Assembly: GCA_963760985.1 (NCBI GenBank)
Contig: CAVXFM010000010.1
Coordinates: 388,430-452,429 of the forward strand
Source of the DNA: an uncultured delta proteobacterium
GTDB lineage: Bacteria; Desulfobacterota; Desulfomonilia; Desulfomonilales; Desulfomonilaceae
Direction of reading: 5' to 3'
DNA length: 64,000 nt
The notes below the pieces were generated by a model. It saw only the letters and a program-made list of their open reading frames with translations. It did no database searches and was not told the DNA's origin. Of this stretch, positions 12,651 through 27,023 are shown piece by piece. The translations under genes were made by a program, and so were the position numbers. Numbering within the stretch: position 1 is the first letter of the stretch; every line of letters starts with the position of its first letter.

Positions 12651-13550
12651 AGAACGAAAGTCGCTCTGGGTGGTTGGTTTCCTATGGGATTTCTTCGCTC
12701 ACGCACCAAAAATCATCATGCACTAAGCAGTAAACCGAGTCAACGAGAATGGGGTGGAACGAGGCTACTCCAAGGAGGCGTGGCAAAATCAGCGAGTAGA
12801 TTTTGCGCCCGAAGAAAACCAGGTTTTTCTCTTGACAGCAGAATCCGCCTTGTGAAACATGAGCCGACGACACGAGGACATACTGGGGGGGGGAACTGCA
12901 TGTCTTAGGTGACAGCGCCCGGGAGCGTGTTGCGTAACGCCGATCATGGTGACCACCGTGGTACTCGGTGTATCGCGCGACGCGGTGTCGGACCAACTGC
13001 CCGGCTCCTGGGAGTCTGACACACCAAGCTTTTTCTTGGCAACATGCGCCTGAAGACATCGGAACCGATGCCGCGGTGCCGCGTTTCCGGGGAAAGCCTT
13101 GCGTGCGGCAACCGCGTCCTTGTCATCGACCCAGAGCTCGATCAAGTTTGTGGGTCGGCGGCGTTCCCCAAGAAATCCTTTCTCTGCTTCACTCAGCAAA
13201 AGCTTTTATCAAGGAAGTTGCATCCTTTTCGGTGACTTCCGGGGGGGAGATGCGCCCACATGTCGAGGCCGTTCTGTGGGATTGTCCGGGGGGGCAGAAC
13301 AAAAAACCATCACGTGGTTCTCTCCTTTCCTCGAAATCGAACAAAAAACACACATGGAATTGGGCGGAGCCTTGCGACGACCGCTCGTCACTCGCGGAAC
13401 GGCAGATTCCTGCCTCTCTAGCCGGACATGCGTGGTTTTTGGTCACCCTGAGCACGTTGGCCGGGCCTTTCGTACCGTCGTCACACGCGGCATAGGCGCA
13501 ACGTATGGTAATGACTGGGTGTTGCCATTTATATGCCCCCCTAAGAAAGA

Positions 13551-13566
13551 TGGCACGATAATTGCG
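13551..13566 (+). promoter_or_regulatory. sigma-54 (-24/-12) promoter candidate TGGCACGATAATTGCG
   Basis: Exact GG-N10-GC spacing with flanking TGGCAC and TTGC, about 65 nt upstream of the ATG at 13633. A sigma-54 activator is encoded 3.5 kb away. Confidence 0.5.
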
Positions 13567-13632
13567 TGTTGTGAGGCGAGGGCCGCGGAGGCCCGATTCA
13601 GGATTTGAGGCACAACTGCCAGGGAGGGCGAG

Positions 13633-14785
13633 ATGAAAACGAATCGCATATACTTAGTACTGACTTTGATGGGGGTGATGATGGTGATCGCTTGGTCAAC
13701 TCCCTCGGCCGCGGAATCCCCCCGACTCTTCAGTATGTGGCAGCCTCATAAGAGCACTCCCGGAGAATTGCTGAGAAGCGCGGCATACGAGGGCAATCTT
13801 TCTGAAATAACACGTCTCCTGGCCCAGGGTGCCGATGTCGATGCACGTGACAAGGAGGGCTGGACACCGCTGATTTGGGCCCAGGTTGGCAATCGCTCCG
13901 AGGCAGTTAAGTTGCTCGCGCAGAGAGGGGCTATGATTGACGCGGAGGATAACTCAGGCTTCACCGCGTTACACCAGGCTGCCACGGCTGGCCGAGAGAC
14001 AGTGATGGCAGGTACTCCTCGCTCGTGGTGCGGATGTCGAAAGCGTGAGTCGCTATGGGTGCACGCCACTCATGGACGCCTCGGCTTACGGAAAATCGAT
14101 GGCAGTGGAACTCCTCCTGGCCGGTGGAGCCGACCCGAATGCGATAAGCACCAAGGGCGATACTGCGGTGTCTCTCGCGGAAAAGCGCGGCCACAAGAAT
14201 GTGGCAATGTTGCTGGTGGCGAACGGTGCGGATCCCAACCTTCAGGGCAAGAGACTGCAAGCAGCGCTGGCCAAGAGCGGTTCTCGGTCTGCAGGGCCTA
14301 CGCGTGTCCGACTCGCGGGGCAAATGAGAAATCCCGAGGTGTTGGAGTCCCTGTGCCACGAGTGCCTGTCTCAGGAGGCTGACGCCAATCTCAGGCTAAT
14401 CTCCGGGCAGCGGCCGGACTCTCACAGTAGATTAGCAGCGTGGTGTCAGAAAAGAGGCATTAAGAATGGCAGCGAAACACGGGCATTCGAACAGGCTTCG
14501 GGCAATGCACGGCTCTCGGAAGCCGTGCCGGGAACTGTGAGCGGAAAAAATGGCAGCGCCTCGTACCTGATTCGGGAAGCCATCGCGACATGGGAGCAGC
14601 TCCAAGCGAAATATCCCCATGCTGACAAACGCTTGCGAGACCTTTCCCGCAAAGGCATTTCCCCTGATACCTTGGCACGTAAGGAGCCCCTGGTGCAAAA
14701 GGCCATGCAAATATGGATGAGCTTGCAGAGTGAGCACCCTGATCTGGCAGCGCAGTTGCTGAGTATTGCCGGAATGAGCCGATGA
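13633..14785 (+). CDS. secreted ankyrin-repeat protein (signal peptide; apparent frameshift near 14003)
   Basis: N-terminal hydrophobic signal sequence (IYLVLTLMGVMMVIAWSTPSAAE). Ankyrin repeats follow (GADVDARDKEGWTPLIWA, DNSGFTALHQAA). Repeats continue in a second frame from 14004 (VLLARGADVESVSRYGCTPLMDASAYG...LLLAGGADPNA) as ORF 14045..14785. Confidence 0.7.
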
Positions 14786-14862
14786 TTGCGGATCCGACGA
14801 GGCACGACGCATCCACTCATGCGGGGTACAGAGGGCAACCCCAGCCCCTGGAGGTAACAGCC

Positions 14863-15081
14863 ATGGCTCAAGACAGCAGAATGCCCACGAACGACATTGA
14901 CGAGCGCACGCTCTTCATACACCAGTCACTCAAGTATGCGGAAGACTTTGTGACGCTCTACGAGGAAAGCGAAGCAATGCGCAAGGAATTGCAGAGAGTT
15001 AAGGTGATGCTAGCTGCAGAGATAGCTGCTCGGCGTAAAGCAGAAACAGAATTGAGGGGAAAGACCTCTTGCGCGTGCTGA
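14863..15081 (+). CDS. small protein consisting only of the QSLKYAED N-terminal module plus a coiled coil
   Basis: 72 aa from an ATG with GAGG 8 nt upstream. [30 protein letters not shown]...EIAARRKAETEL closely matches the N-termini of the kinase at 3468 and the sigma-54 activator at 10031. No downstream domain in any frame. Confidence 0.4.
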   Translation: MAQDSRMPTNDIDERTLFIHQSLKYAEDFVTLYEESEAMRKELQRVKVMLAAEIAARRKAETELRGKTSCAC

Positions 15082-15432
15082 TCCGCAATCGGTCGGCAGG
15101 CTGGCTTCTTCGATCAGAGGGATCAACGACTCAGGCGCAAACACGCCTCACAATCAAAGCGCAATCCTTTTCACGTCCTCTTCGCACACAAATTTCGGGG
15201 ATCGCGAAACGCGGCGGCCACAAGCTGGCTTGCCGCACGAGATCCATTTCATGCGGGATCGGGTCCCCTGGGGGCCTTCGCGGCGTGATGGTTATTCCTG
15301 CTTTACGATTCCCGGGGGTTTTTCACCAAGTGTCCGGGGCATGTGTATCCGGCTCACATTCTTTCCCAAGGAAAGCAGGCCGATGAGGAACGTGTCGTTC
15401 CCAGTCCGATCACGCTCAAGGACAAGCGCCCG

Positions 15433-16482
15433 TCATCCCACGGCCCGTTCCTTCACATCTTCGCGGATTCTGCCGAGCACGGGGACCAAATCCATAAAAC
15501 ATTCGAAAATGCGGGACCCGAAATAGTCTCCTCCTGCTGCCATCATGATAGAAAGGGCCTGTGTCTCGGGGATCGCTCGACGGTACACTCTATGGTGAAC
15601 CATTGCATCATAGACGTCCACTACGGCCACGATAGCTGCAGAAGCAGGTATTTCTTCACCAGTCAGTCCTCGAGGGTATCCGGACCCGTCCCACCGCTCG
15701 TGGTGAAACAAAGCGATCTCTCTTGCCATTTGAATCAGCGGCACCTGTGATCCGTCAAGGATGTCGGCTCCAATTGCCGCGTGAGTCTTCATGATCTCGA
15801 ATTCGTCTACGGTCAGTTTGCCGGGCTTGCGGAGGATCGAATCGGGAATCCCGATTTTCCCGACATCATGCATGGGAGCTGCCAGACGAATTTGTTCAAC
15901 GGCTTCACGGCTCCATGCAAGGGCTCGGGCCATCTCTGCGGAGTAGAGCCCGATTCGCCGCACATGGGCTCCAGTCTCGTCATCACGGGATCCGGTTGCA
16001 GAAAGCAGCCGGAGGATGATTTCCTCTTCTCTTTGCCTTACTTCCTTGGTTCTTTGGAGGACCTGGGCCTCGAGTTCCCGCTCGTAATCGCGACTCAGAA
16101 GCAGCAAGCGACGTCGCTCCAGCGCGTTGACGACGGATATGATGATTTCATTGCGTTCAAAAGGCTTGGTGACATATCCGTATGCCCCGAGTTCAAGTGC
16201 GATGATGGCCGTTTTTCTGTCATCCACGGCTGTCACCATTATGACGGCAATGTCCGGGAACAAAGGCTTCATGACCATCAAAAGATCCATTCCGGACATG
16301 CGAGGCATCATGATGTCGCTCACGAGCAGATCGAACTTTTCTCCGTTCAAGAGTTCGAGTGCGGTTTCGCCGTCTGCCGCGGTGGAGCATGCATAACCTT
16401 CCGCACTAAGCCATCGTTTGAGCAGATCGCAGATGTAAGGCTCATCGTCCACTATGAGGATTCTTGCTGGTCGCTCTTGCAT
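15433..16482 (-). CDS. response regulator with HD-GYP c-di-GMP phosphodiesterase domain (RpfG-like)
   Basis: Receiver ILIVDDEPYICD...VSDIMMPRMSGMDL...YVTKPF followed by HD-GYP signatures (HDVGKIGIP, HHERWDGSGYP). Confidence 0.9.
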   Translation of the reverse strand: MQERPARILIVDDEPYICDLLKRWLSAEGYACSTAADGETALELLNGEKFDLLVSDIMMPRMSGMDLLMVMKPLFPDIAVIMVTAVDDRKTAIIALELGAYGYVTKPFERNEIIISVVNALERRRLLLLSRDYERELEAQVLQRTKEVRQREEEIILRLLSATGSRDDETGAHVRRIGLYSAEMARALAWSREAVEQIRLAAPMHDVGKIGIPDSILRKPGKLTVDEFEIMKTHAAIGADILDGSQVPLIQMAREIALFHHERWDGSGYPRGLTGEEIPASAAIVAVVDVYDAMVHHRVYRRAIPETQALSIMMAAGGDYFGSRIFECFMDLVPVLGRIREDVKERAVG

Positions 16483-17021
16483 AAGCCGTCGTACCTCCGC
16501 GCACAGACTCCGGTGACGTCGTTACCACGTGGGGAAAAAATAACTCAAGTTTGGTGTGGTGCCAATGGTTCATCGGCTTCGTGGTCTTGACCTCGTGTCG
16601 AGCTGCGCCCATACTTTACCGATTTGAGGGCTCCAAACCCTGTATTCGGTAACGCGAAAAAATGCGTTCGCGCACAGGATCATAGCCGTGGCGAAAATTC
16701 TTGACCTCATTGGCTCGACCTTCGCAGGAACGAACCGATGAGGAACACGGGGGGGCAGAAAATCCCTCCTATTTCGCGCGACACCATGCCGTCGAATCTT
16801 CGTGCAGACTCCCCCTGCACCATCTCCTGAAAGCTCGAGTCATCCGGTCAGAATTCTTGGCAACTGCCGTAAGTCAAGCTGAGAAAGGCTCTACAGACAG
16901 GTCCGCGTCAACGGCGTGTACCATCCCCCGTTCGAACAATCACAAGCTTTTCTAAGGAATTGTCGTGTGAGATACGGTCGTGATCGTGGAAGCACAGGTC
17001 ATGCCACCGAGGCCCGCAAGG

Positions 17022-17396
17022 TCACTTTTCCCCGAGAGCCTCGCTCACTACGTCCAACAACTCTTGCCTGGTGAATGGTTTGGCGAGCGCTTTCACCGCG
17101 CCCAGGCTCTTGGCTAAATGCAGGCAGGTGGCTCCGGTTGTCGCTTGTCCCCCACCGGAAATCGCCACTATCTTCACTGCGGGGAACTCTCGCCTGAGTT
17201 CCATTATGGTTTCGATGCCCTCTTTTTCCGGCATGATGATGTCAGTAATAATGAGGTCTGGACGATTTTCACGGTACAACTTCATACCGACGTTGCCGTC
17301 GGGGGCCTCGATCACTTGGTAACCGGCCTGAGTCAGAATACGTCCGCAAAGGGTCCGAATGGCAGCTTCGTCATCTATGACCAGAATCGAACTCAT
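17022..17396 (-). CDS. single-domain response regulator (CheY-like)
   Basis: MSSILVIDDEAAIRT...IITDIIMPEKEGIETI...KIVAISGGG...AKPF. The longer ORF 17022..17654 has a non-homologous 5-prime extension. Confidence 0.8.
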   Translation of the reverse strand: MSSILVIDDEAAIRTLCGRILTQAGYQVIEAPDGNVGMKLYRENRPDLIITDIIMPEKEGIETIMELRREFPAVKIVAISGGGQATTGATCLHLAKSLGAVKALAKPFTRQELLDVVSEALGEK

Positions 17397-17527
17397 ATCC
17401 GGCCGATCCTTTCGCCAACGCGTTTCTTGCGTTGTGGACTTTGCGACTGGGGCTTGTACCCCGCTTCCGCAACGCGAAAGAGTCACTCTCCGGGTGAGGC
17501 CCAGTAACACCACGACAGTCGGTGCGC

Positions 17528-18064
17528 TCAGCCGCGGAGCGTGAGTGCTTGAATCAATTTCCGGAGTTCCTGCAAGGACCCTTCGGAGAAATCGACAATT
17601 TCGAAGCCGGCCGAAGTCTCTTGCCGGTCGGTCTGCCGTCGCACCCACCTGCACTGGGCTTCCAGAACAAACGGATGGATGTCTGCAAAGTCGTCCGCCT
17701 GCAGGACCAGCGTCTTGCAGTCACCAACTATTACCGAAAGTCCAGCGACCTGTAAACCCTTTTCCGTGATGTCCCTCACTTGTCCCTCGACCGTGAGGTT
17801 CTCCGCGCCGTACACAGGCAGTCTCACAAACACGTAATTCCGCGTGATTTCTCTTTGCGTGTCCAGCCCTACGCCATCGTCAGCAACCTGCACCCGGTAA
17901 TCGAGTTCACTTTCTCTGACGGCTTTCGCCTCGACGAGCTTCACGAAGATACTCTCCAGGCCCTGTGAGGAAAGGCGGTACTTCTCTCTGAGTTGCAAAT
18001 TTGTGAGACCGGCTCTTATGTCGCTGACCACGTCCTTTGCCCTGACTCTCCGTTTCTCGGTCAT
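17528..18064 (-). CDS. PilZ-like c-di-GMP receptor candidate with N-terminal LxEKYxLS motif
   Basis: ATG 18064 is preceded by a GGGGAGGGAG Shine-Dalgarno. REITR ... 21 aa ... DITEKG fits the PilZ RxxxR / (D/N)x(S/T)xxG spacing. A second RWVRR...DFSEGS half is present. N-terminal DIRAGLTNLQLREKYRLSSQGLESIFVKL motif. Confidence 0.5.
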   Translation of the reverse strand: MTEKRRVRAKDVVSDIRAGLTNLQLREKYRLSSQGLESIFVKLVEAKAVRESELDYRVQVADDGVGLDTQREITRNYVFVRLPVYGAENLTVEGQVRDITEKGLQVAGLSVIVGDCKTLVLQADDFADIHPFVLEAQCRWVRRQTDRQETSAGFEIVDFSEGSLQELRKLIQALTLRG

Positions 18065-19033
18065 AGGGTACGCGCTCCCTCCCCTCTTGCTCATTGAACC
18101 CACTTTTCGGGAATAGCTCCGCTTGCTTCATGGTTCCCCATATGACGCGGGTCTGACTCCGACGCTTGCCACACCTGGACCAGGTTGCGGCCTAGTTGTT
18201 TTGCCCGATAAAGCGCCTGATCGACTCCGCGAACCACTGCATCCATATCCAACTTTGCTTTCCCCTGGACGGACGCGATTCCCAAACTCATGGTGACCGA
18301 AAAAACCCCTTCCGGAGTCACGAGCGGCCTCTCGGACAAGGATTGGCGCAGTCGCTCTGCCATGTCCTGTGCACAGTGCTGATCGCACCCGGGCGACACC
18401 AAGAGAAACTCTTCTCCCCCATAACGCCCTACGACATCGTAGGACCGTACATGGGAAACCATCCGTGCGGCCACTTCTCGCAGTACGGCATCCCCTGCCA
18501 GGTGCCCGTACGTGTCGTTGATTCGCTTGAAGTGATCCAAGTCTGCGATAATGATCCCCACGGACGTGTTTTCCCTCAGGGAACGCTCCAATTCTCTGCG
18601 CAGCACGTCCATGACAGCCCTCCTATTCCAGAGACCCGTGAGGGGATCGTGTGAGGCTTGATACTCCGAGGCTGACAAAGCAGAGACAAGGTCCTGTTGG
18701 AGCTGAACTATGCGGGAACCTGCTCTTACACGCACATCAAGCTCATGGGCATCGAAAGGTTTGACGATGTAATCGTCCGCTCCTGCTTCCAGGCCCTCTA
18801 TCACATCTTCTTTCCTCGACTTCGCGGTTAGGAGGATGACGTACGTGTACGGCTGTTTTCCCATTTTCCGAATCTCGCGGCATAACGCCACGCCATCCAT
18901 GCCGGGCATCATCCAATCGAGAACCACCAGATGAGGCGCATCTTCTCGGTTCAGTATTTCCCACGCCTGGGAGCCGTCTGCGCAGGACACTATCTCGTAC
19001 CCCCATTGGGTGAGGCGTGCTTCGAGCAGCCTT

Positions 19034-22471
<3,438 letters not shown>

Positions 22472-22695
22472 AGCGAGTTCTCCGTTACGAAAGACGTTCC
22501 GCATCTCCCCCCCCTGCGATTGCGGTGACCGTGGGATCACCGGTTTCGGAGTACCTGTTCATATCCTTCAATTTCATCCCTCGTGCGACTTGAACGAACG
22601 CAGCAGATCTGAGAGAGTCGTCCTTCCCGGGAGGTCCCTCCGTCAGCCACGCGGGAGTCGGGAAGACCATGATTCCATGAAGCCACGAGTCGCTT

Positions 22696-23400
22696 TTATT
22701 CCCAGACCGCTGGTCCGCCGCGTTTCTTATCAGTCTTGACTTTGGCGAATACGACTCCGCAATACGGGCACGAATCAGCATATTCGTCAGGTCTCGGTCT
22801 TCCGCATTTTGGGCAGGGCCCCTCGGAGTGTCCGCGCCGAGATCCCTGTGAACCGGCTCGTGGATCTTCGGAGGGGAAAGGCCCGTCCACCACCCACGAT
22901 TCCCGTTTCGCGGCGAGCGAGCGGACAGGCACGTCCTCGATCTTGCGGTAATCCTCCAGTGCGCCGGACAATTCTTGGGTGAGATCGATCGCGGTGGAAT
23001 CTTCGATCTCAGGAAGTTCCATCTGGTGCAGTTCGGCACACTTCCGCTCCCGGTGGTGGAATTCGTATTCACTCAGCACGCGTTTTGCCAGGAGTTGCTC
23101 GTACACACTCTTCAGGAGTTCCGGACTGAGCGAATACCTTTTCATGAGCGCGAAATCGTCCGGGGTCGCACGAAAGGTTTTAATGAAATCTTTGGCACTA
23201 ATGGAGATCCTTTCGGACACAGGACAGCCATTGGTGGGTTCCGCCTCGTAAGCAGGGGTTGAAGTTAATTTCCGAACCGCAGATTTCACTTTTGGCAAGC
23301 TGCGCACCGAGAGTCCGTATTTCTCCATGAGTGCGGCGTCGGCCATGCCTGCCTCGATATCCGCGAGGATCGCCCTGGCGCTAATGCGGATGTGCTTCAT
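22696..23400 (-). CDS. zinc-ribbon protein with two copies of the LMEKYGLS motif (uncharacterised)
   Basis: ATG 23400 with GGAGGG upstream. ILADIEAGMADAALMEKYGLSVRSL and FIKTFRATPDDFALMKRYSLSPELL repeats. C-terminal CPKCG...CPYCG zinc ribbon. Confidence 0.5.
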   Translation of the reverse strand: MKHIRISARAILADIEAGMADAALMEKYGLSVRSLPKVKSAVRKLTSTPAYEAEPTNGCPVSERISISAKDFIKTFRATPDDFALMKRYSLSPELLKSVYEQLLAKRVLSEYEFHHRERKCAELHQMELPEIEDSTAIDLTQELSGALEDYRKIEDVPVRSLAAKRESWVVDGPFPSEDPRAGSQGSRRGHSEGPCPKCGRPRPDEYADSCPYCGVVFAKVKTDKKRGGPAVWE

Positions 23401-23919
23401 GCTGTTCCCTCCGTGTGCCTCCGGTCTATCTATTAGCAATTTTCGTGCCGGATGCAGTTCTGGCTATGTCGATGCCTAAAACCAGCTCCAGTAGGCCAGT
23501 GCGCTCTCTGCCTCGTGCGCGGGACTTCCTCCCGTGCCTGTTCTCGAGGTAGTTCAATGTACAAAAAACCAACAGAGATTGTTGAGGCACGGAATATCGT
23601 GTCGTTACGGCTCGGCAGTGTGTGTTTTCCACGCAGTTTGGGAAAGCGGAGCACCAAACGTGTGTGTCCTTTTCTTCCGGAAACCTGACCCGCTCATCGG
23701 GGGTGAGCGAGATTGTGCAAAAAAAGGCTGGTGAAGGCGACCGAAGGGATCTCCGTATTGCCGAGTTCTGGGAGAAGTCGCGCGAAGCGATTCCGCGGCG
23801 GAGAGATTTGTGAGAATTTGCTTTGGCAGGCTCCTACGGAATTGACGGGTGGGGGGGGTGTGATAGCGTCCAAGGTAGTCCATTTGTTATCCAAGAACAG
23901 AAAAGGCCACCGGGGGGCA

Positions 23920-25022
23920 TGAGGCCGATTGAGGAGGTAGCGAGATGCGTCGTGCAGCAGTACCCGCTTGCTCTTTTAATCGTGTTGATGTCCGCGGGGA
24001 CATCCTTGTCGCAACAAGCTGGCTGGGGCTTCTTGCCTTCGGGGGATCAGGGCCCCTTCCTGCGGTTCGGCGACCCTGTTTTCAAGGTAGATTGGAACAA
24101 CGTGAAGTCTGATTTTGACGCACGCTACACCGAGCTTCCTTTTGACTGGAGTCGAGGCAACTTTCCTTTTCCGGTGGACAAGCAATTGACCGCCGGGTAT
24201 CGGTCCCAGGGAGCTCGCCTGTGGCTGACAGAGTTAATTGGTTTGGGCAATTCTCTCGCACTGAATTTGGAGGGAGCTTACCTGCTGCCTTCAACGTCGC
24301 ACGATTCATCGTGGAGTTTTGACAGTCGCCTCTCGGACACTTTTCCTTACGTATTGGGCTGGCAACCAGCCACCCGCACTGAATGGTGGCTCGTGGATGG
24401 CCAGGTGCGCTACAATGTGCAAGGCGGTGCGTATAAGCTCCTGGCAGGTCTGCGGTCCGATAAGTTCGATTCGCGGTTTACGGATTTCCCCTTTGTTTCC
24501 CTCGCTCTTTTGCCGGCTGGTGCAGGGTTCGTCAATGCGTTGACCCCCGACATGCGATCCGATGTCACGGTGACCACGTGGATTCCCTATGTGGGGGTGG
24601 AACTCCGTTCGCTAACCGGCGGGTTCGATTTTTCGGCTCAGCTCATTGCTGCTCCCTGGATAAGCCCTCGGCTTAAGGATGGGCTCACCGCAGGCGGGTG
24701 GTCCGCTGGCGGGACGCCTCCAGGAACTGGCTCGAGCGTGTCTGACCGGTACGAGATCTCGACCAGCGCAAAAAGTGGGTATCTTTACGAAATGACCGCG
24801 CAGTGTGCGTTCCTGTCCGCAGGTTTCGGCAAGTTCGGTCTGTTTGCGAAGGGCACCTGGATGCGCGCGAGTTTTCGAGGAAGTATCGACTTTCACACCA
24901 CACGGATCACTCCTTCCGGTCCGGACCCAGGAGCTGCGTTTCCCTTGCCCAGTGTCGCGTACACCAGGCGTGGGATAGCTTTGGGCGGGTCTTATTCTTT
25001 GGCGTTTGTGTCCCCGATGTAA
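23920..25022 (+). CDS. hypothetical secreted, outer-membrane beta-barrel-like protein
   Basis: Signal-peptide-like N-terminus (LALLIVLMSAGTSLSQQAGW). Rich in aromatics, Gly and Ser with alternating hydrophobic beta-strand pattern. C-terminal ...SYSLAFVSPM. No family recognised. Confidence 0.5.
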
Positions 25023-25580
25023 CGGGGGAACTTACCTCTACCCCGACTAGCCGTGGGGAGCGGCGATGCTTCACGTACCTGCGAGATGACGAGCGACTGG
25101 CATTGATCAGACTTGGGCGGTATCAAGGGCTCAGAGGCCCCGGACTTGTCTGGTTCCTGCCTATTGTCGACAAGGTGCAGCGTCTCCGCGTGGGTGACAC
25201 AGGAGACTTGGTTGCTCAAGGGCTGGCCCGGTTCGGGGACATGACCATTCCCGTCACGAGTGATCGGGTCTCAGGCTCGCGAGTGCAGATCGCGGGTTTT
25301 GATGACTTGCTCTCGCCGAGTTGCCCACGCGTCGTGCCCGCGTGAGCTTCTGCGCGCGGGTTGCTGACGCGGTGACAGACAGCGTCCCGCGTTCCCGTCT
25401 TGCTCTTCCGTTTCTTTTCCCTACTCGACTCCTTGGGTTTTCACGCATACCGACGTACCAGCCATCCGACACTTAGTGACCCTGGCTCGCGGGGAAGGAT
25501 TCGTGCGCGGGCATTCTCGTTTTGCGAAACAGCAGGGGCGGGGCTTGCAGGTGGCCGCGGGATGTGTTAGATATCACGAT

Positions 25581-26150
25581 ATGACTAGTCAAGACACGAC
25601 TACCAAGAACCTCCAGGGTGCGTTCAACTCGGCCGAATATCCTATCCTGGGCGTGCTGAGCCTGGCTCCGGTGCACGGTTACGATGTGTGGCGGTACCTC
25701 AAGGATCACCTCGGGGCCGTGTGGCAACTGGGCCGAAGCCAAGTGTACGGCTTGTTGGCTCAGATGGAACGAAACGGCTTGGTGCGGCACGAGAGAGTGG
25801 ACCAGACGAACTTGCCCGCGCGGAAAGTGTTCTCGCTTACCCCGGAGGGACAGCGAGTGATCGATCAATGGATCCAAGAACCCGTCCGTCGTGTCCGGGA
25901 CTTTCGGCTCGAGTTCCCTACAAAATTTCATTTTGCCCAGGCATGTTCGACCGAGCTTGCTCGCGAGTTGGTCAGGGTTCAGGTGAAGACATGTCTCGAA
26001 AAGAGAGCGTACCTTGAAAGGGCGATGACTCGCTCTCAATCGGATATCGAGCGACAAATCTTCGAATACCGGATTCAGGTCGTTGACGCTACGGTGAAGT
26101 GGTTGCAGGGCCTCTTGCGTAATCCGCCACGTGGGAAAGGAATTAAGTAA
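25581..26150 (+). CDS. PadR-family transcriptional regulator
   Basis: Winged-helix signature PILGVLSLAPVHGYDVWRYL...LGRSQVYGLLAQMERNGLV...FSLTPEGQ. Confidence 0.75.
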   Translation: MTSQDTTTKNLQGAFNSAEYPILGVLSLAPVHGYDVWRYLKDHLGAVWQLGRSQVYGLLAQMERNGLVRHERVDQTNLPARKVFSLTPEGQRVIDQWIQEPVRRVRDFRLEFPTKFHFAQACSTELARELVRVQVKTCLEKRAYLERAMTRSQSDIERQIFEYRIQVVDATVKWLQGLLRNPPRGKGIK

Positions 26151-26152
26151 AT

Positions 26153-26216
26153 TCGTGGTGAACTCCCATGACGTGGAGGGTCACCACGAACCATGAAAAT
26201 GTATTTTCATAGGAAC
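26153..26216. repeat. repeat copy 1 upstream of modB; contains the perfect palindrome ATGAAAAT-GT-ATTTTCAT
   Basis: AACTCCCATGACGTGGAGGGTCACCACGAACCATGAAAATG...ATTTTCATAGGAAC is shared almost exactly with 28247-28417. Confidence 0.6.
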
Positions 26217-26321
26217 ACGGCACAGTGACGGTGTGCTGCTCTGCATCCCAAGGCCTTCCGGGGTTTCTGAAATCTCAGGGAGCCAAACCAAATTCTTGAC
26301 GTATGGGTTTACGGTACGACA

Positions 26322-27020
26322 ATGAACCTTCCGTTCCTCACTCCCCTGGAGAGCGAAGCACTCCGGTTGAGTCTCTGGGTGTCAAGCTGGGCAGTGTTGG
26401 CGAGCCTGCCTTTGGGCGTCGGCTTTGCCTGGCTTCTGGCCCGGCGATCTTTTCCCGGCAAGACGCTCTTGGACGGCTTGATCCATTTGCCGCTGGTCCT
26501 GCCGCCGGTGGTAACAGGCTACGTGCTGTTGATCCTGCTCGGTCGCAGAGGAGTCCTGGGAGCCTGGCTTTTCAAGGTGTTAGGGATCACCGTGGCATTC
26601 AACTGGAAAGGAGCGGCAGTGGCTGCGGCAGTCATGTCTTTCCCGCTCATGGTGCGGGCAGTAAGGCTTTCGATCGAGGGAGTGGACCGAGGGCTTGAGG
26701 CCGCGGCTCGGACCTTGGGAGCAGGTCCGGTTCGTGTGTTCTTCACCATCACGCTTCCCTTGGTGCTGCCGGGCATCCTCACCGGGCTCATCCTCGCATT
26801 TGCAAGAAGTCTCGGCGAATTCGGAGCTACCATCACGTTCGTCTCCAACATCCCGGGCCAAACGCAAACCCTGCCGCTCGCATTGTACACCCTGACCCAG
26901 GTGCCGGATGGGGAAGCCGGAGCCATGCGTCTTTGTATTGTAGCGGTCGCTGTGGCCATGGTGGCGCTGGTCACGTCGGAGTTGATAGCCAAGAGGCTGG
27001 AAAGACGGATGAAAGGCTAG
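26322..27020 (+). CDS. modB: molybdate ABC transporter permease
   Basis: 232 aa with 5 TM helices. ModB/CysTW-family EAA loop (EAAARTLGAGPVRVFFTITLP). Confidence 0.85.
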   Translation: MNLPFLTPLESEALRLSLWVSSWAVLASLPLGVGFAWLLARRSFPGKTLLDGLIHLPLVLPPVVTGYVLLILLGRRGVLGAWLFKVLGITVAFNWKGAAVAAAVMSFPLMVRAVRLSIEGVDRGLEAAARTLGAGPVRVFFTITLPLVLPGILTGLILAFARSLGEFGATITFVSNIPGQTQTLPLALYTLTQVPDGEAGAMRLCIVAVAVAMVALVTSELIAKRLERRMKG

Positions 27021-27023
27021 GCT

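Noticed and set aside
12651-13632. Possible protein-coding genes in the 1-kb gap (ORFs 12968..13495, 13099..13608 and others)
   Set aside because: Multiple mutually overlapping low-complexity ORFs with no homology. The region is better explained as a divergent regulatory region (sigma-54 promoter, G-tracts).
24803-25345. 180-aa ORF overlapping the end of the OMP-like gene
   Set aside because: Out-of-frame overlap with a better-supported gene and no recognisable motif.
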